Shown piece after piece: positions 39,415 to 48,669 of a DNA stretch of 64,000 nt (position 1 is the stretch's first letter; each line of letters opens with the position of its first letter). The notes beneath the pieces were generated by a model. That model searched no databases. It had not been told where the DNA came from and saw only the letters and a list, made by a program, of their open reading frames with translations. Origin of the DNA: a bacterium. GTDB taxonomy: Bacteria; Hinthialibacterota; Hinthialibacteria; Hinthialibacterales; Hinthialibacteraceae. The stretch lies in contig CAXXMV010000002.1 in the NCBI GenBank assembly GCA_963662285.2, forward strand, positions 1,728,001 through 1,792,000. The letters run 5' to 3'. A program made the position numbers and the translations under genes.

Positions 39415-41304
39415 TTACTGATGAGTCGTATATCGTTGGGTAATCCGGTTTTTTAGAGTTTCTAGAACTTTTGGCGCACGAGCTGCATAGGTGTGTTCGT
39501 ATAGGACTCTGGCGCGGCCTTTATTTATAATCTCTTGCCGTTCTTCGCTGTGTTCAAGGTAGTACTGTAATTTATTTTGTAAGTCATGGCGGTCATTATA
39601 AAAAACCATCTCCTCATTAGGTATAAAAAAATCATCCGCTCCCTCTACCCAATCGGTCAATAAAAAACCGCCTGAAACCGGGCAGTTGAAATCACGTTGG
39701 TTTAAGCTGGTCAATGCTTGCAGGCTGTGGATGTTTAAGTTGATCTGGCTGGAGGCGAAGATGTTTGGGACATCACGCTCCGGATCGGCGGGTCCGGCGT
39801 AACAATCGCGCAAAGGATTATCTTTCAATAAAACCAGCCAGTCGTCGTTGCCGTATATCTTTAAGCCGAATGGCATAGCCGCTTCCAGCAGCCATATTCT
39901 ACGCAAGGCGTTGGCTGTTATATAAATGCCATATCGCACAAACTGGGGCAGGGGATCAGTTTCAGTTTTGATGATGGAAAGGCCGAATTCAGATTGATGT
40001 TCCAGGATGAGAGTTTGATAGTCGCTCTGTGGTTGATGCGCTTTAATTTCAGCCGCATGTTTTACCAGTTCAGCAGTTTTTTCATCTAATCCCCATTCAT
40101 CGGGAGAGAAGGCTTTGACCTGACCGATATAACTTACCGGAGAGCGAAACCGTTCTTGAAACGTGGCATCGACCTTATCAAGATCGGCCACATAGGGGAA
40201 GAAATCCACGCTACGGGCCTGCATGTCCTGCAAGTTCTTTGTATACCATTTATCCCAGGTAAACACAAAATCATTTGGCCCGAAATTTTCTTTGACGAAG
40301 CAGTTAGGATCATCCAGGCACCAGATCAATCTGGGCAGCCGTAGGCTATCAAGTATTTTTCGATCAGTATATTCATCCGGCGACTTATTGATAAATAGCA
40401 GTAAGTCGGGCTGCTCTTTTTGTATGGTTCGAATAAAACTTACATCACTGCGAAAACCGGGGTGATGATAAATTATATCAATGCCCAGCCGCTTACATTC
40501 ATCCAGAAACCTTTGCTGGATATATGGAATAGCTTTGCCGTCCTGCTCTGAAAGATGTAAGGCCATTATGCTTTTTATGCGCTCAGGCGGTTTTGTAGCA
40601 TAATATTGGCGTATGCTCTGCAAGGCTTCAGCATAAGATTCTCTACCATTGCGCATCCATGATGTGATGTAATTTTTTAGCGGTTGCCAGATAGACAATC
40701 TATTTGTAAACCGCGCTGTGGCTGATAAAAATATATCGGGGCGATCTATGGTGAAGAAGTTTTGGGCGTCGAATATCTCTTCCAGTTGGCTATGCCAGTC
40801 TTCACCAATAATAATGAAGCACCGGTTGCTTTGCAGCATTCTCTCCAATGAAAAGGAGGCCAGCGTCAAGGCGAAAAAGACGGGATCGCTTTCGAGCCAT
40901 ACCAAAGCTTTGTGCGGCGACTGGTTTAAGTGTTGGTGAACAATGTTGTAAGTATTACCCAAATCGCAGCCCAGGTAAAAAATAACCGTTGCATTGGTTG
41001 AAGGTGAAAAAGTGTTGATGGCGGCGGTTATCGACGGCCAATCCTGTTTGAGCCGATCTGACGACAACAGAATCTTAAATTCTTCTTCTGCATGAAAGGC
41101 GCATTCAATTACCTGGCGCTCTCCCAGACGAAGATAGTAGGAAGAATTCTGTAATATGGGTTGAACTATATGGAAAAGTTCGGGGTGGTGTTTTTCTAAT
41201 ACATCCAAATTATTTTGCAGGACTGGTGGATTAAACCGCGTCCACTTCTGCCAGCCGGGAGGAATTGTATTATTCAGTCCAATCGATGAGTTCATAATTC
41301 TCAA
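39415..41304 (-). CDS. Glycosyltransferase, MAF/DUF115-like N-terminus + CgeB C-terminus (paralog of 37556)
   Basis: NNLDVL, LGCDLG; IYGNDDW, SQINLNIH, NQRDFN.PVSGGFLLTD, HTYAARA; start may be 41295. Confidence 0.8.
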   Translation of the reverse strand: MRIMNSSIGLNNTIPPGWQKWTRFNPPVLQNNLDVLEKHHPELFHIVQPILQNSSYYLRLGERQVIECAFHAEEEFKILLSSDRLKQDWPSITAAINTFSPSTNATVIFYLGCDLGNTYNIVHQHLNQSPHKALVWLESDPVFFALTLASFSLERMLQSNRCFIIIGEDWHSQLEEIFDAQNFFTIDRPDIFLSATARFTNRLSIWQPLKNYITSWMRNGRESYAEALQSIRQYYATKPPERIKSIMALHLSEQDGKAIPYIQQRFLDECKRLGIDIIYHHPGFRSDVSFIRTIQKEQPDLLLFINKSPDEYTDRKILDSLRLPRLIWCLDDPNCFVKENFGPNDFVFTWDKWYTKNLQDMQARSVDFFPYVADLDKVDATFQERFRSPVSYIGQVKAFSPDEWGLDEKTAELVKHAAEIKAHQPQSDYQTLILEHQSEFGLSIIKTETDPLPQFVRYGIYITANALRRIWLLEAAMPFGLKIYGNDDWLVLLKDNPLRDCYAGPADPERDVPNIFASSQINLNIHSLQALTSLNQRDFNCPVSGGFLLTDWVEGADDFFIPNEEMVFYNDRHDLQNKLQYYLEHSEERQEIINKGRARVLYEHTYAARAPKVLETLKNRITQRYTTHQ

Positions 41305-41473
41305 CCCGCAATCAAATTAGTGATAATATATTCTGTAATAGGGGATGTTTATGATCATGTCATCATACAACGCCTTGTTTATAAATCAACTATTTTAATG
41401 TGCGGCGTTGATTATGCGGCCTGTCTTCAAAATGGTCTGGCATGGATTAGCCCGGAAAGATAACAATAATTGG

Positions 41474-42235
41474 ATGAAAAACGAGATATACGATCTGACA
41501 TTCGAACTTGAAGAACATTACTGGTGGTATGTTGCGCGGCGTAAAATTATACTATCGCAAATTCAGCAGATGCTTCCGGCAGCCGACCTGAACTCTAAAC
41601 CGCGCATACTGGAGTATGGCTGCGGAACAGGGAAAACGCTATCATGTCTATCCCCATGGGCGGAGGTATATGGTTTGGATATCTCGCAACAAGCCCTGGA
41701 TTATTGCCGACAGCGCCAGTTGGTTAATCTTAAACTGATAGATTTGTCCAAAGAAATGGATTTGGATAATCCCTTTGATGATCCCTACGACCTGATCCTC
41801 ATGCTTGATGTGCTTGAACACATAGAAGACCAAACAGCGCTGCTGGAGAGAATTAAACGCTGGTTGAAGCCCGGCGGTCAGTTGCTGATTACCGTACCGG
41901 CATTCAATTTTCTGTGGAGCGGGGAGGATTACGTCTCTAATCATCTGCGCCGATATACTAAATCAAGCCTGACTGAAATAATGCGGGAATCCGGTTTGCA
42001 TATTGAACGCATATCCTATTTTAATTTTTTCCTGTTTCCTTTGCAGGCCGGAATTATTCTGTTTAATAATATGTTTTGTCCCAGAACCATGCAGCAGTCT
42101 AACCTGCATACATTATCAGGAAGCATCAATTCGATGCTGACGGCTATTATGTCGGCTGAAGTACACTTGCTTAAAATGTTTAATTTTCCCTTTGGCGGAT
42201 CGATCATCTGTGTTGTGAATAATAAACCAAAATGA
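41474..42235 (+). CDS. Class I SAM-dependent methyltransferase
   Basis: EEHYWWY.ARR, LEYGCGTG, DVLEH, LKPGG.LLITVPA, HLRRY. Confidence 0.9.
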   Translation: MKNEIYDLTFELEEHYWWYVARRKIILSQIQQMLPAADLNSKPRILEYGCGTGKTLSCLSPWAEVYGLDISQQALDYCRQRQLVNLKLIDLSKEMDLDNPFDDPYDLILMLDVLEHIEDQTALLERIKRWLKPGGQLLITVPAFNFLWSGEDYVSNHLRRYTKSSLTEIMRESGLHIERISYFNFFLFPLQAGIILFNNMFCPRTMQQSNLHTLSGSINSMLTAIMSAEVHLLKMFNFPFGGSIICVVNNKPK

Positions 42236-42271
42236 TACCGACTACAAAAAGAAATCAAAGCTAATCTAAAG

Positions 42272-42314
42272 GGAGGCTTAATCAAGGGCAGAAAAAACAC
42301 TGCCCTTGGCACCC
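42272..42314 (+). repeat. Family A2 hairpin repeat
   Basis: ggaggcttaatcaagggcagaaaaaacactgcccttggcaccc. Confidence 0.9.
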
Positions 42315-42376
42315 GCATATTATATCTTCCCAACTATTATGATTTAACTTTTATTTGAAGAATTGTTATAAAATAA

Positions 42377-42404
42377 TTCGCCCGGCCTGAAGAGGCCGGG
42401 CGAA
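42377..42404 (-). terminator. Hairpin terminator downstream of gnd
   Basis: ttcgcccggcct-gaag-aggccgggcgaa; T-rich on the minus strand afterwards. Confidence 0.75.
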
Positions 42405-42431
42405 GATATAATTCACTCAATTCTATCCAGT

Positions 42432-43841
42432 CTATTCCATCCAATTGGTGTGAAAGACGCCTTCTTTATCGGTGCGCTGATAGGTATGCGCTCCGAAATA
42501 GTCGCGTTGTCCTTGAATCAGGTTGGCGGGCAGGCGGTCGCGTCGATAGGCGTCGAAATAGGATAACGAAGCGCTCATATCTGGAACCGCCAGACCCAGG
42601 CGGATGGCCAATGATACCGTCCAGCGCCATGCTTCGACCCGCTCAACAATCTCTTTATGGAAACTGGGGGCAACCAGAAGGTTAGGTAGATCGGGTTGTT
42701 CTTCAAATGCTTCGCGGATGCGGTCGAGGAATGCGGCGCGGATAATGCAGCCGCCTTTCCAGATGCGGGCGATTTCGCCATAGTTGAGGCCATAGCCGAA
42801 CTCCTGGCAGGCGGCGCGCAGCATAGCGAAGCCCTGGGCGTAGGAACATATCTTTGATGCATATAAAGCCTGGCGGATATTATTCACCGCTTCGGTTTTA
42901 TCCGGCAGATTTTCTATCATTGGCCCCTGGTATAATTTGGATGCGCTGACGCGTTCTTCTTTAAGAGAAGACATGAACCGGGCATCGACCGATGCGGTGA
43001 TGGTCGGTACGGCCACGCCAAGTTCGAGTCCGGTTTTAGAAGTCCATACGCCAGTGCCTTTTTGTCCGGCGCTATCCAGAATGCAGTCGATCAGCGCAGT
43101 ACCCCCGCCCTGGTCGTCGGGGAAATCGACGATCTTGGATGTGATCTCGATGAGGTATGATGAGAGTTCGCCTTTATTCCATTCAGTGAAGGTTTCGGCG
43201 ATTTCCGAGGAAGATAATCCCAAGCCATTACGCATGATATCGTATGACTCAGCGATGAGTTGCATGTCGCCGTACTCGATGCCGTTGTGGCACATTTTGA
43301 CGAAATGTCCGGCGCTTTTTTCGCCCATGTATTCTACGCAGGGTCCGCTGTCGGTCTGGGCGCTGATTTTTTTGAGAATGGGTTCGAGGATATCATAGGC
43401 TTTGCGGTTGCCGCCGGGCATGATGCTCGGTCCCCACAAAGCGCCTTCTTCGCCGCCGCTGATGCCCATGCCCAGGTAGTGGATGCCTGAGCCTTCGAAA
43501 AGTTTGATGCGCCGTTCGGTATCGTAGAAATAGGAGTTGCCGCCGTCTATCAGGATGTCGCCTTCATCGAGCAGCGGTTTGATCTGTTCAATAACCGCAT
43601 CGGTGCCCGCTCCGGCTTGAACCATTACCAGAATGCGCCGGGGACGTTCAAGAGCCTTAACGAATTCCTCAAGGGTATATCCTGCTACGAAATTCTTGCC
43701 CGCCGCCGGACCTTTGATAAACGCTTCCGTCTTGGAGGCGGTGCGGTTATAAACTGCTGTGGGGAAGCCATTACGCTCGATATTCAGGGCAATGTTCTGC
43801 CCCATGACTGCTAAACCAATTACGCCAAACTGCTGGCCCAT
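42432..43841 (-). CDS. gnd: NADP-dependent 6-phosphogluconate dehydrogenase
   Basis: GLAVMG, NRT, DGGNS, SGGEEGA, VKMCHNGIEYGDMQ, QKGTG, GGCIIRA, QRDYFGAHTY. Confidence 0.97.
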   Translation of the reverse strand: MGQQFGVIGLAVMGQNIALNIERNGFPTAVYNRTASKTEAFIKGPAAGKNFVAGYTLEEFVKALERPRRILVMVQAGAGTDAVIEQIKPLLDEGDILIDGGNSYFYDTERRIKLFEGSGIHYLGMGISGGEEGALWGPSIMPGGNRKAYDILEPILKKISAQTDSGPCVEYMGEKSAGHFVKMCHNGIEYGDMQLIAESYDIMRNGLGLSSSEIAETFTEWNKGELSSYLIEITSKIVDFPDDQGGGTALIDCILDSAGQKGTGVWTSKTGLELGVAVPTITASVDARFMSSLKEERVSASKLYQGPMIENLPDKTEAVNNIRQALYASKICSYAQGFAMLRAACQEFGYGLNYGEIARIWKGGCIIRAAFLDRIREAFEEQPDLPNLLVAPSFHKEIVERVEAWRWTVSLAIRLGLAVPDMSASLSYFDAYRRDRLPANLIQGQRDYFGAHTYQRTDKEGVFHTNWME

Positions 43842-44010
43842 GTTGATCTCCTTTGATCAATTATTATTTATAATTTCAGATAAATTTGCGATTATATGGT
43901 TATTGAATGATGGATTATATTATATGTGATAGAGATTTTTTGGGTAGCGCGGGGGTAATGATTATAATCGTAAATCGTAACTGATAATATCAAGGGTTGG
44001 TTTAGGGTGT

Positions 44011-44072
44011 GATGGGACACGCTGCAATGGTGGTTTGGAGGCTGGAGTTTTTTTTGCTTTGTCCCATCTTAC
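44011..44072. repeat. Family D REP-like inverted repeat
   Basis: gatgggaca ... tgtcccatcttac. Confidence 0.5.
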
Positions 44073-44100
44073 GGTTTGGGTTCCGTGTTGAACCATAACT

Positions 44101-44147
44101 ATGAGGTAAATCAATCAAGGGCAGAAAATACACTGCCCTTGCCACCC
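44101..44147 (+). repeat. Family A2 hairpin repeat
   Basis: atgaggtaaatcaatcaagggcagaaaatacactgcccttgccaccc. Confidence 0.9.
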
Positions 44148-44188
44148 ATGTTGTTGACGTCCACTAGCTTTATACAAAGAATCTATGC

Positions 44189-44773
44189 TCAAATTCCGAT
44201 CAAACTTTTATCGCAGGGATAAGCGGTTGGCGGCCCCAGGCGGTACATGTCGCCCCAGCTGCGCAGGCCGTTGGATGCATTATAGAGCGGCGCCGTGCCA
44301 TAGGTATCCGCGTTGTTATCCGGTCCAGCGCCGGAGATTTGCCATTCAGAGCAGCGCAGGCTGCTGCCAACTATGGCCTGTTTGCCATTATGAATTACAG
44401 ACCATGCATCTACGTAATCATAAGTAACATAGGCTTCATGCTGGTTTGCAACAATGCGCTGGCCGTATCGCGATTTCAAGAAAGGGTCTTGGGGGACGGA
44501 GGCGATATAGGATATTGGCGTAGTTAAGGGGATCAGGCGCCGGTTGACTGGATTGATGTTGACTCCATCGGGGCCGACGAATAGGGGATAGCGGTTGTTA
44601 TCCAGGCGGTACATCTCCAGCGCGGTTCCAATGGATTGCATTTCCGATTCGGCTTTGGCGATTTGCGCCCTCACCTGCGCGTTTAAGAAATTGGGCACGG
44701 CGATAGCGGCCAACACGCCGATTATGGCGACTACGATTAATAATTCGATTAGAGTGAAACCTTGGTTATTCAT
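44189..44773 (-). CDS. Prepilin (type IV pilin / GspG-like)
   Basis: MNNQG|FTLIE; PNFLNAQ, LTTP..DPF, GAGPD, YNASNGLRSWGDM; RBS agggag. Confidence 0.92.
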   Translation of the reverse strand: MNNQGFTLIELLIVVAIIGVLAAIAVPNFLNAQVRAQIAKAESEMQSIGTALEMYRLDNNRYPLFVGPDGVNINPVNRRLIPLTTPISYIASVPQDPFLKSRYGQRIVANQHEAYVTYDYVDAWSVIHNGKQAIVGSSLRCSEWQISGAGPDNNADTYGTAPLYNASNGLRSWGDMYRLGPPTAYPCDKSLIGI

Positions 44774-44808
44774 GAATCGCTCCCTACTAGATTTTTTTTC
44801 TATATTTG

Positions 44809-44852
44809 GAGAAAAAAACCTCAATAAATCGAGAAAAAAACCTCAATAAATC
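44809..44852. repeat. Perfect 22-bp tandem duplication
   Basis: gagaaaaaaacctcaataaatc x2. Confidence 0.9.
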
Positions 44853-44963
44853 ATTGAATAGGAAAAGATATTCATTAATATCTTTTCTATGATAGCCTCA
44901 ATTTCATGAAAAAACTCAAATAAAGATCAACCCTCAAAAATATATTCGTTGAGAATCACATAT

Positions 44964-45002
44964 CGCCTTCAAAAAGCTGATGATACTTGCTTTTTGAAGG
45001 CG
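44964..45002. terminator. 14-bp perfect stem, probable terminator
   Basis: cgccttcaaaaagc ... gctttttgaaggcg. Confidence 0.6.
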
Positions 45003-45061
45003 TTTACTTTAGGTGAATCAATTATCTTTGGTTATTCTTTTACGGGGGTGTTTGATTTCAA

Positions 45062-45095
45062 CCCTCTCCTAGCCTCTCCCAATCTTGGGAGAGGA
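45062..45095 (+). repeat. Family C (BoxC-like) repeat
   Basis: ccctctcctagcctctcccaatcttgggagagga; same loop as 58414. Confidence 0.8.
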
Positions 45096-45113
45096 ATACT
45101 CAATCCAAAGTTT

Positions 45114-45510
45114 CTATTCTAATAAACCGGATAGATGCTCCAGGCTTTTCTCGGCCTGTTCAGGGGTGCCGCATTCTACTGAGAAGACGATGTCGTTGGG
45201 GGTTTTGGCGCTGACTATGTCGATGATCCTGCGCCAGTCCAACACGCCTTCGCCGCAGGCGCATCCCACCGGGGTTCCGGTTACAGCGCCTTTTTCAGCG
45301 TCGGAGTGTTCCACCGAAATATCCTTGGCGTGGAGATGCACCAGACGTCCCGCCACCCGCTCCAGCCACTGATAGACGTCGTGGCCGCATAAGTAGGCGT
45401 TGCCCGTATCGAAATTGATGCCGATGGCCGGTGAATCGACCAGGTCGTAGATGCGGTCCAAGCCATCAGGCGTCTTGGAGTACTGGGCGTGCGGTTCCAG
45501 CCCGATTTTG
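45114..45510 (-). pseudogene. 5'-truncated sugar phosphate isomerase/epimerase (AP_endonuc_2) fragment
   Basis: Reads KIGLEPHAQYSKTPDGLDRIY..INFDTGN..HLHAKD..GEGVLDW..SVE; N-terminal half of the barrel and a start codon are missing. Confidence 0.8.
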
Positions 45511-45543
45511 GGGGATTTTAAGGATCAAGTGAATTTAAATTTC

Positions 45544-45579
45544 CCCCTTACCCTAGCCCTCTCCCGGCGGGAGAGGGGA
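45544..45579 (+). repeat. Family C (BoxC-like) repeat
   Basis: ccccttaccctagccctctcccggcgggagagggga. Confidence 0.85.
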
Positions 45580-45632
45580 TAGTGTTGCTCGACATAATAA
45601 ATATGTAAAACTACCAGGAATAATCATCAAAT

Positions 45633-45657
45633 GTAGGGGTAACCCTTGTGGTTACCC
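45633..45657 (+). repeat. Family B GTAG-type REP
   Basis: gtaggggtaacccttgtggttaccc. Confidence 0.85.
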
Positions 45658-45682
45658 GATTATGCATTCCCTTTAGTTTTCC

Positions 45683-45714
45683 GATGGGACGCGCTGGCGA
45701 TTTGTCCAACCTAC
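45683..45714 (-). repeat. Family D REP-like repeat
   Basis: gatgggacgcgctggcgatttgtccaacctac. Confidence 0.5.
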
Positions 45715-45735
45715 TTAATGACATCGCCTTGAGGT

Positions 45736-47112
45736 TTACTCATCCCACATGGCGTTGATTAACTGCACGGTTTTATTGACCAGTACCTGCCCGCCTTCCG
45801 GGCCGACTACGTATTTATCAGCGCTGTATCCGCCTCCCTGAGTGGCTTTTTCGGTTGGTAGATAACCGTTGTTCTGGCTGGATAATTGAACCAGAAATGT
45901 TAATAGCGCCTTGCTCCGGGCTTTTATACGGACGCCGTAATCCAGATATAGTTCAAAGGGATTAGTGGCGATGGCCATATCTCCCAGACGTAATATATGC
46001 AGTTCGACGGCATCCGTCGGTTCGGTGTTATAGAAAGGCGCAAGCGAAGGGTCGACGGTAGGGAGGCTGATTTCTACTGACGCATGTTTGAAAACCATTT
46101 TGGTGTCAATCTCTTTTTTGGCCAGAGGCATAACGTCATCCACAGCGTTGACGATGCGGCGGGCGATCTCGCGGCGACGTGATAATCCTCTTCGTTCTCT
46201 CATGGCTTCTTCGGCGCGTTTATTGAACATCAGATGCGGCGACAGGTCTCCTGCAGCGGAGCATTGGGGCAAGATGAAAATATCCGGTGAATAGCGTTTT
46301 TTCAATTCCAACCTTACTTCATGCCAGAAATCGGCTGAGATGTCGCTTAGGCCTTCGGTCTCCTGCGAGGTGCAGGCGATGTTGATTATCATGCCGCTTA
46401 GTTGACCGTTCCTGTTCCAGAAGAAGAGCAGGTTTACGCTGTGATCTTCATAGCCTTCCAGGTTGGAAAATTCATCTTGATCGGTTTTGCCATACATGAC
46501 GGTTGTACCATCGAAATAGTGCGCCCGGCGGTTCATGCCCACTACAGCGTGTCCCAAGCCCCAACTCATGCCGCCCGGCTGCCGGTTTTTCCAGGCTTTG
46601 ACGACGGTCGGAGCAACGCGCTCTAAAAAGAAGTCGGCGTATTCCGAAGCCTTCATGACGCCTTCGTCATTGCTGACGTCGTAGAGTCCCTTGTAGGCGC
46701 CGTCAATGAATCCGGGACCGGTATGGGTGTGAGTGGCGTTTAAGAATAACTTTGATATATCAAAATCGGGGATTAGCTCTTTAACCTGCTGGCGTAGGCG
46801 TTGTTGGATCACTTTTTTGATCGAGATGACGTCGCACGAAACCATGATGGCCTGCTCGGATGAGCCATTCTCTCCACGGGTTTCTAAAGCCAGAACTGTG
46901 GCGGTTAGTGGATCAAGCACCGATTTGGAAATTCGCTTGTGTAATTGACCTGTCAGGGCAATCGGCTTCTGCGGCGTTATATCCGCAGCCGCCCACCCGA
47001 CATAAAGCGGCATATTCAATTCTTGCTGTGTTTGCTCTGATGCATTGGTTATTTCATTAACACAAAAACTCAAAGTTAATAATACCACCAACACCTGTAG
47101 ATAATTTTTCAT
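45736..47112 (-). CDS. Secreted neutral-ceramidase-like hydrolase
   Basis: Signal peptide; GWAAADITP, DPL.AT.L, NATHTHTGP, NRR, ISADF, GDLSP, PFELY, GYLPT, GGYS. Confidence 0.78.
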   Translation of the reverse strand: MKNYLQVLVVLLTLSFCVNEITNASEQTQQELNMPLYVGWAAADITPQKPIALTGQLHKRISKSVLDPLTATVLALETRGENGSSEQAIMVSCDVISIKKVIQQRLRQQVKELIPDFDISKLFLNATHTHTGPGFIDGAYKGLYDVSNDEGVMKASEYADFFLERVAPTVVKAWKNRQPGGMSWGLGHAVVGMNRRAHYFDGTTVMYGKTDQDEFSNLEGYEDHSVNLLFFWNRNGQLSGMIINIACTSQETEGLSDISADFWHEVRLELKKRYSPDIFILPQCSAAGDLSPHLMFNKRAEEAMRERRGLSRRREIARRIVNAVDDVMPLAKKEIDTKMVFKHASVEISLPTVDPSLAPFYNTEPTDAVELHILRLGDMAIATNPFELYLDYGVRIKARSKALLTFLVQLSSQNNGYLPTEKATQGGGYSADKYVVGPEGGQVLVNKTVQLINAMWDE

Positions 47113-47149
47113 GATTCCGGCTCCATTTTACAAAACTCTAAAACAACAC

Positions 47150-48469
47150 TTAGCCCTTTAATGTCCAGGGGGCGCGCATAGGCCGCGACAACATCGCGTT
47201 GGCCTGGTAATCGTCAATGAATGTTTCCTGCTCAGGATTCCAGTTCAACTTACGGCCCAGGCGGGTGGCTATATTTGATAGTTGACAAAGGGTATCGGAA
47301 TGAACCGCAGTATCTACCGGGCTTATGGTTTTGGCGCGGCTTTTAACTGCATCCAGGAAGTGGCGGTAATGATCGGCGCTTTTGGTAAGGTTAATTTCAT
47401 CCTGGCCGATTGTGGTTTTGAGCAATGATTTGGGATTGGCGTCAATGCCGCTGCGGTTTACATGCACCCAGCCCCGGCTTCCTTCAAAACGCACGCCTTG
47501 TTTGCTTCGGCCCTTATTGTCGGTGTAGATCATGGTAACGCCATTGGCATATTTGAATTCCAAATCCCATTTCATACAGCAATTAGCCATGCCTTTTTCG
47601 GGGAACTCTCCATTGCCTTCTACGCTGATGGGGGTTGTATCATCGGTTCCATTACCCCATTGGGCGATATCCAGATGATGAACGCCCCAGTTGGCGATGA
47701 AGCCCAGGCAATAATCATTGATATGATACCATGTGCTATAACTCTCTTTATCATTGTGGGGGCGGCAGCGCTGGTAGGAGTATGGCGCCTTGGCCGCTGG
47801 TCCCAACCACATGTCGTAATCCAAACCATCCGGCACGGGAATAACCGGGTCTTGCGGAATCGGCCAGCTGGCCGGGGCGCCGACGTAGATGGTTTTAAGT
47901 TCTCCAATGCGTTGGTTACGGGCTAATTCACAGGCGAAACGGAAATTTTCATCCGAGCGCTGCTGAGTGCCGAATTGGAAGACGTTTTTGTTCTTATGAA
48001 TGGCGGCCCGCAGAGCCTGCCCCTGCTCCATACTAAGCCCGACGGGCTTCTCATAATACATATCCTTACCGGCGCGGGAAGCCGCCAATCCCGCCAGGAC
48101 ATGCCAATGATCCGGTACGGCCAGGCTTACCGCATCGATATCCTTACGGGCCAACAACTCGCGGAAGTCGTTATAGACCTCGCAATCCTGGTTGACGTAA
48201 TAATCATCAACGATCTTTTTGGCTTTATCGCGCTGCCCTTTATCCACGTCGCACACCGCCGCCACGATTGCATCATCATGCCTGAAGAACTGCCGCATGT
48301 TTTTCACGCCGCGAATGCCCAGACCGATGCTGCCGATAACGATCTTGTCACTAGGCGCAGTCGCGCCGTCTTTGCCCAACGCAGATGATGGAATGATGGT
48401 GGGGAAACAAACTCCACTGGCTATCATAGACGTAGTTTTTATAAACTGACGTCGCTTTATAGTATTCAT
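47150..48469 (-). CDS. Tat-exported Gfo/Idh/MocA oxidoreductase
   Basis: KRRQFIK; IGLGIRG, PDHWH, YEKP, GTQQRS, NWGVHHLD. Confidence 0.92.
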   Translation of the reverse strand: MNTIKRRQFIKTTSMIASGVCFPTIIPSSALGKDGATAPSDKIVIGSIGLGIRGVKNMRQFFRHDDAIVAAVCDVDKGQRDKAKKIVDDYYVNQDCEVYNDFRELLARKDIDAVSLAVPDHWHVLAGLAASRAGKDMYYEKPVGLSMEQGQALRAAIHKNKNVFQFGTQQRSDENFRFACELARNQRIGELKTIYVGAPASWPIPQDPVIPVPDGLDYDMWLGPAAKAPYSYQRCRPHNDKESYSTWYHINDYCLGFIANWGVHHLDIAQWGNGTDDTTPISVEGNGEFPEKGMANCCMKWDLEFKYANGVTMIYTDNKGRSKQGVRFEGSRGWVHVNRSGIDANPKSLLKTTIGQDEINLTKSADHYRHFLDAVKSRAKTISPVDTAVHSDTLCQLSNIATRLGRKLNWNPEQETFIDDYQANAMLSRPMRAPWTLKG

Positions 48470-48669
48470 GTTGATTCCTTTTTGATAATAAGATAATGCG
48501 CATCTATACAATGCAATCCGAAAATATGGATTCATCTTATCAAAAAAGGGATTGGATTAATATAGGGTATTTGATAAAAGTAGGAGAAAAAATTGGCTTT
48601 TACGAAAACCTAACTTGATAATGCAAGAATATAATCTCTCTATCATTCCTTTTCTTTATAAAACGCAAA

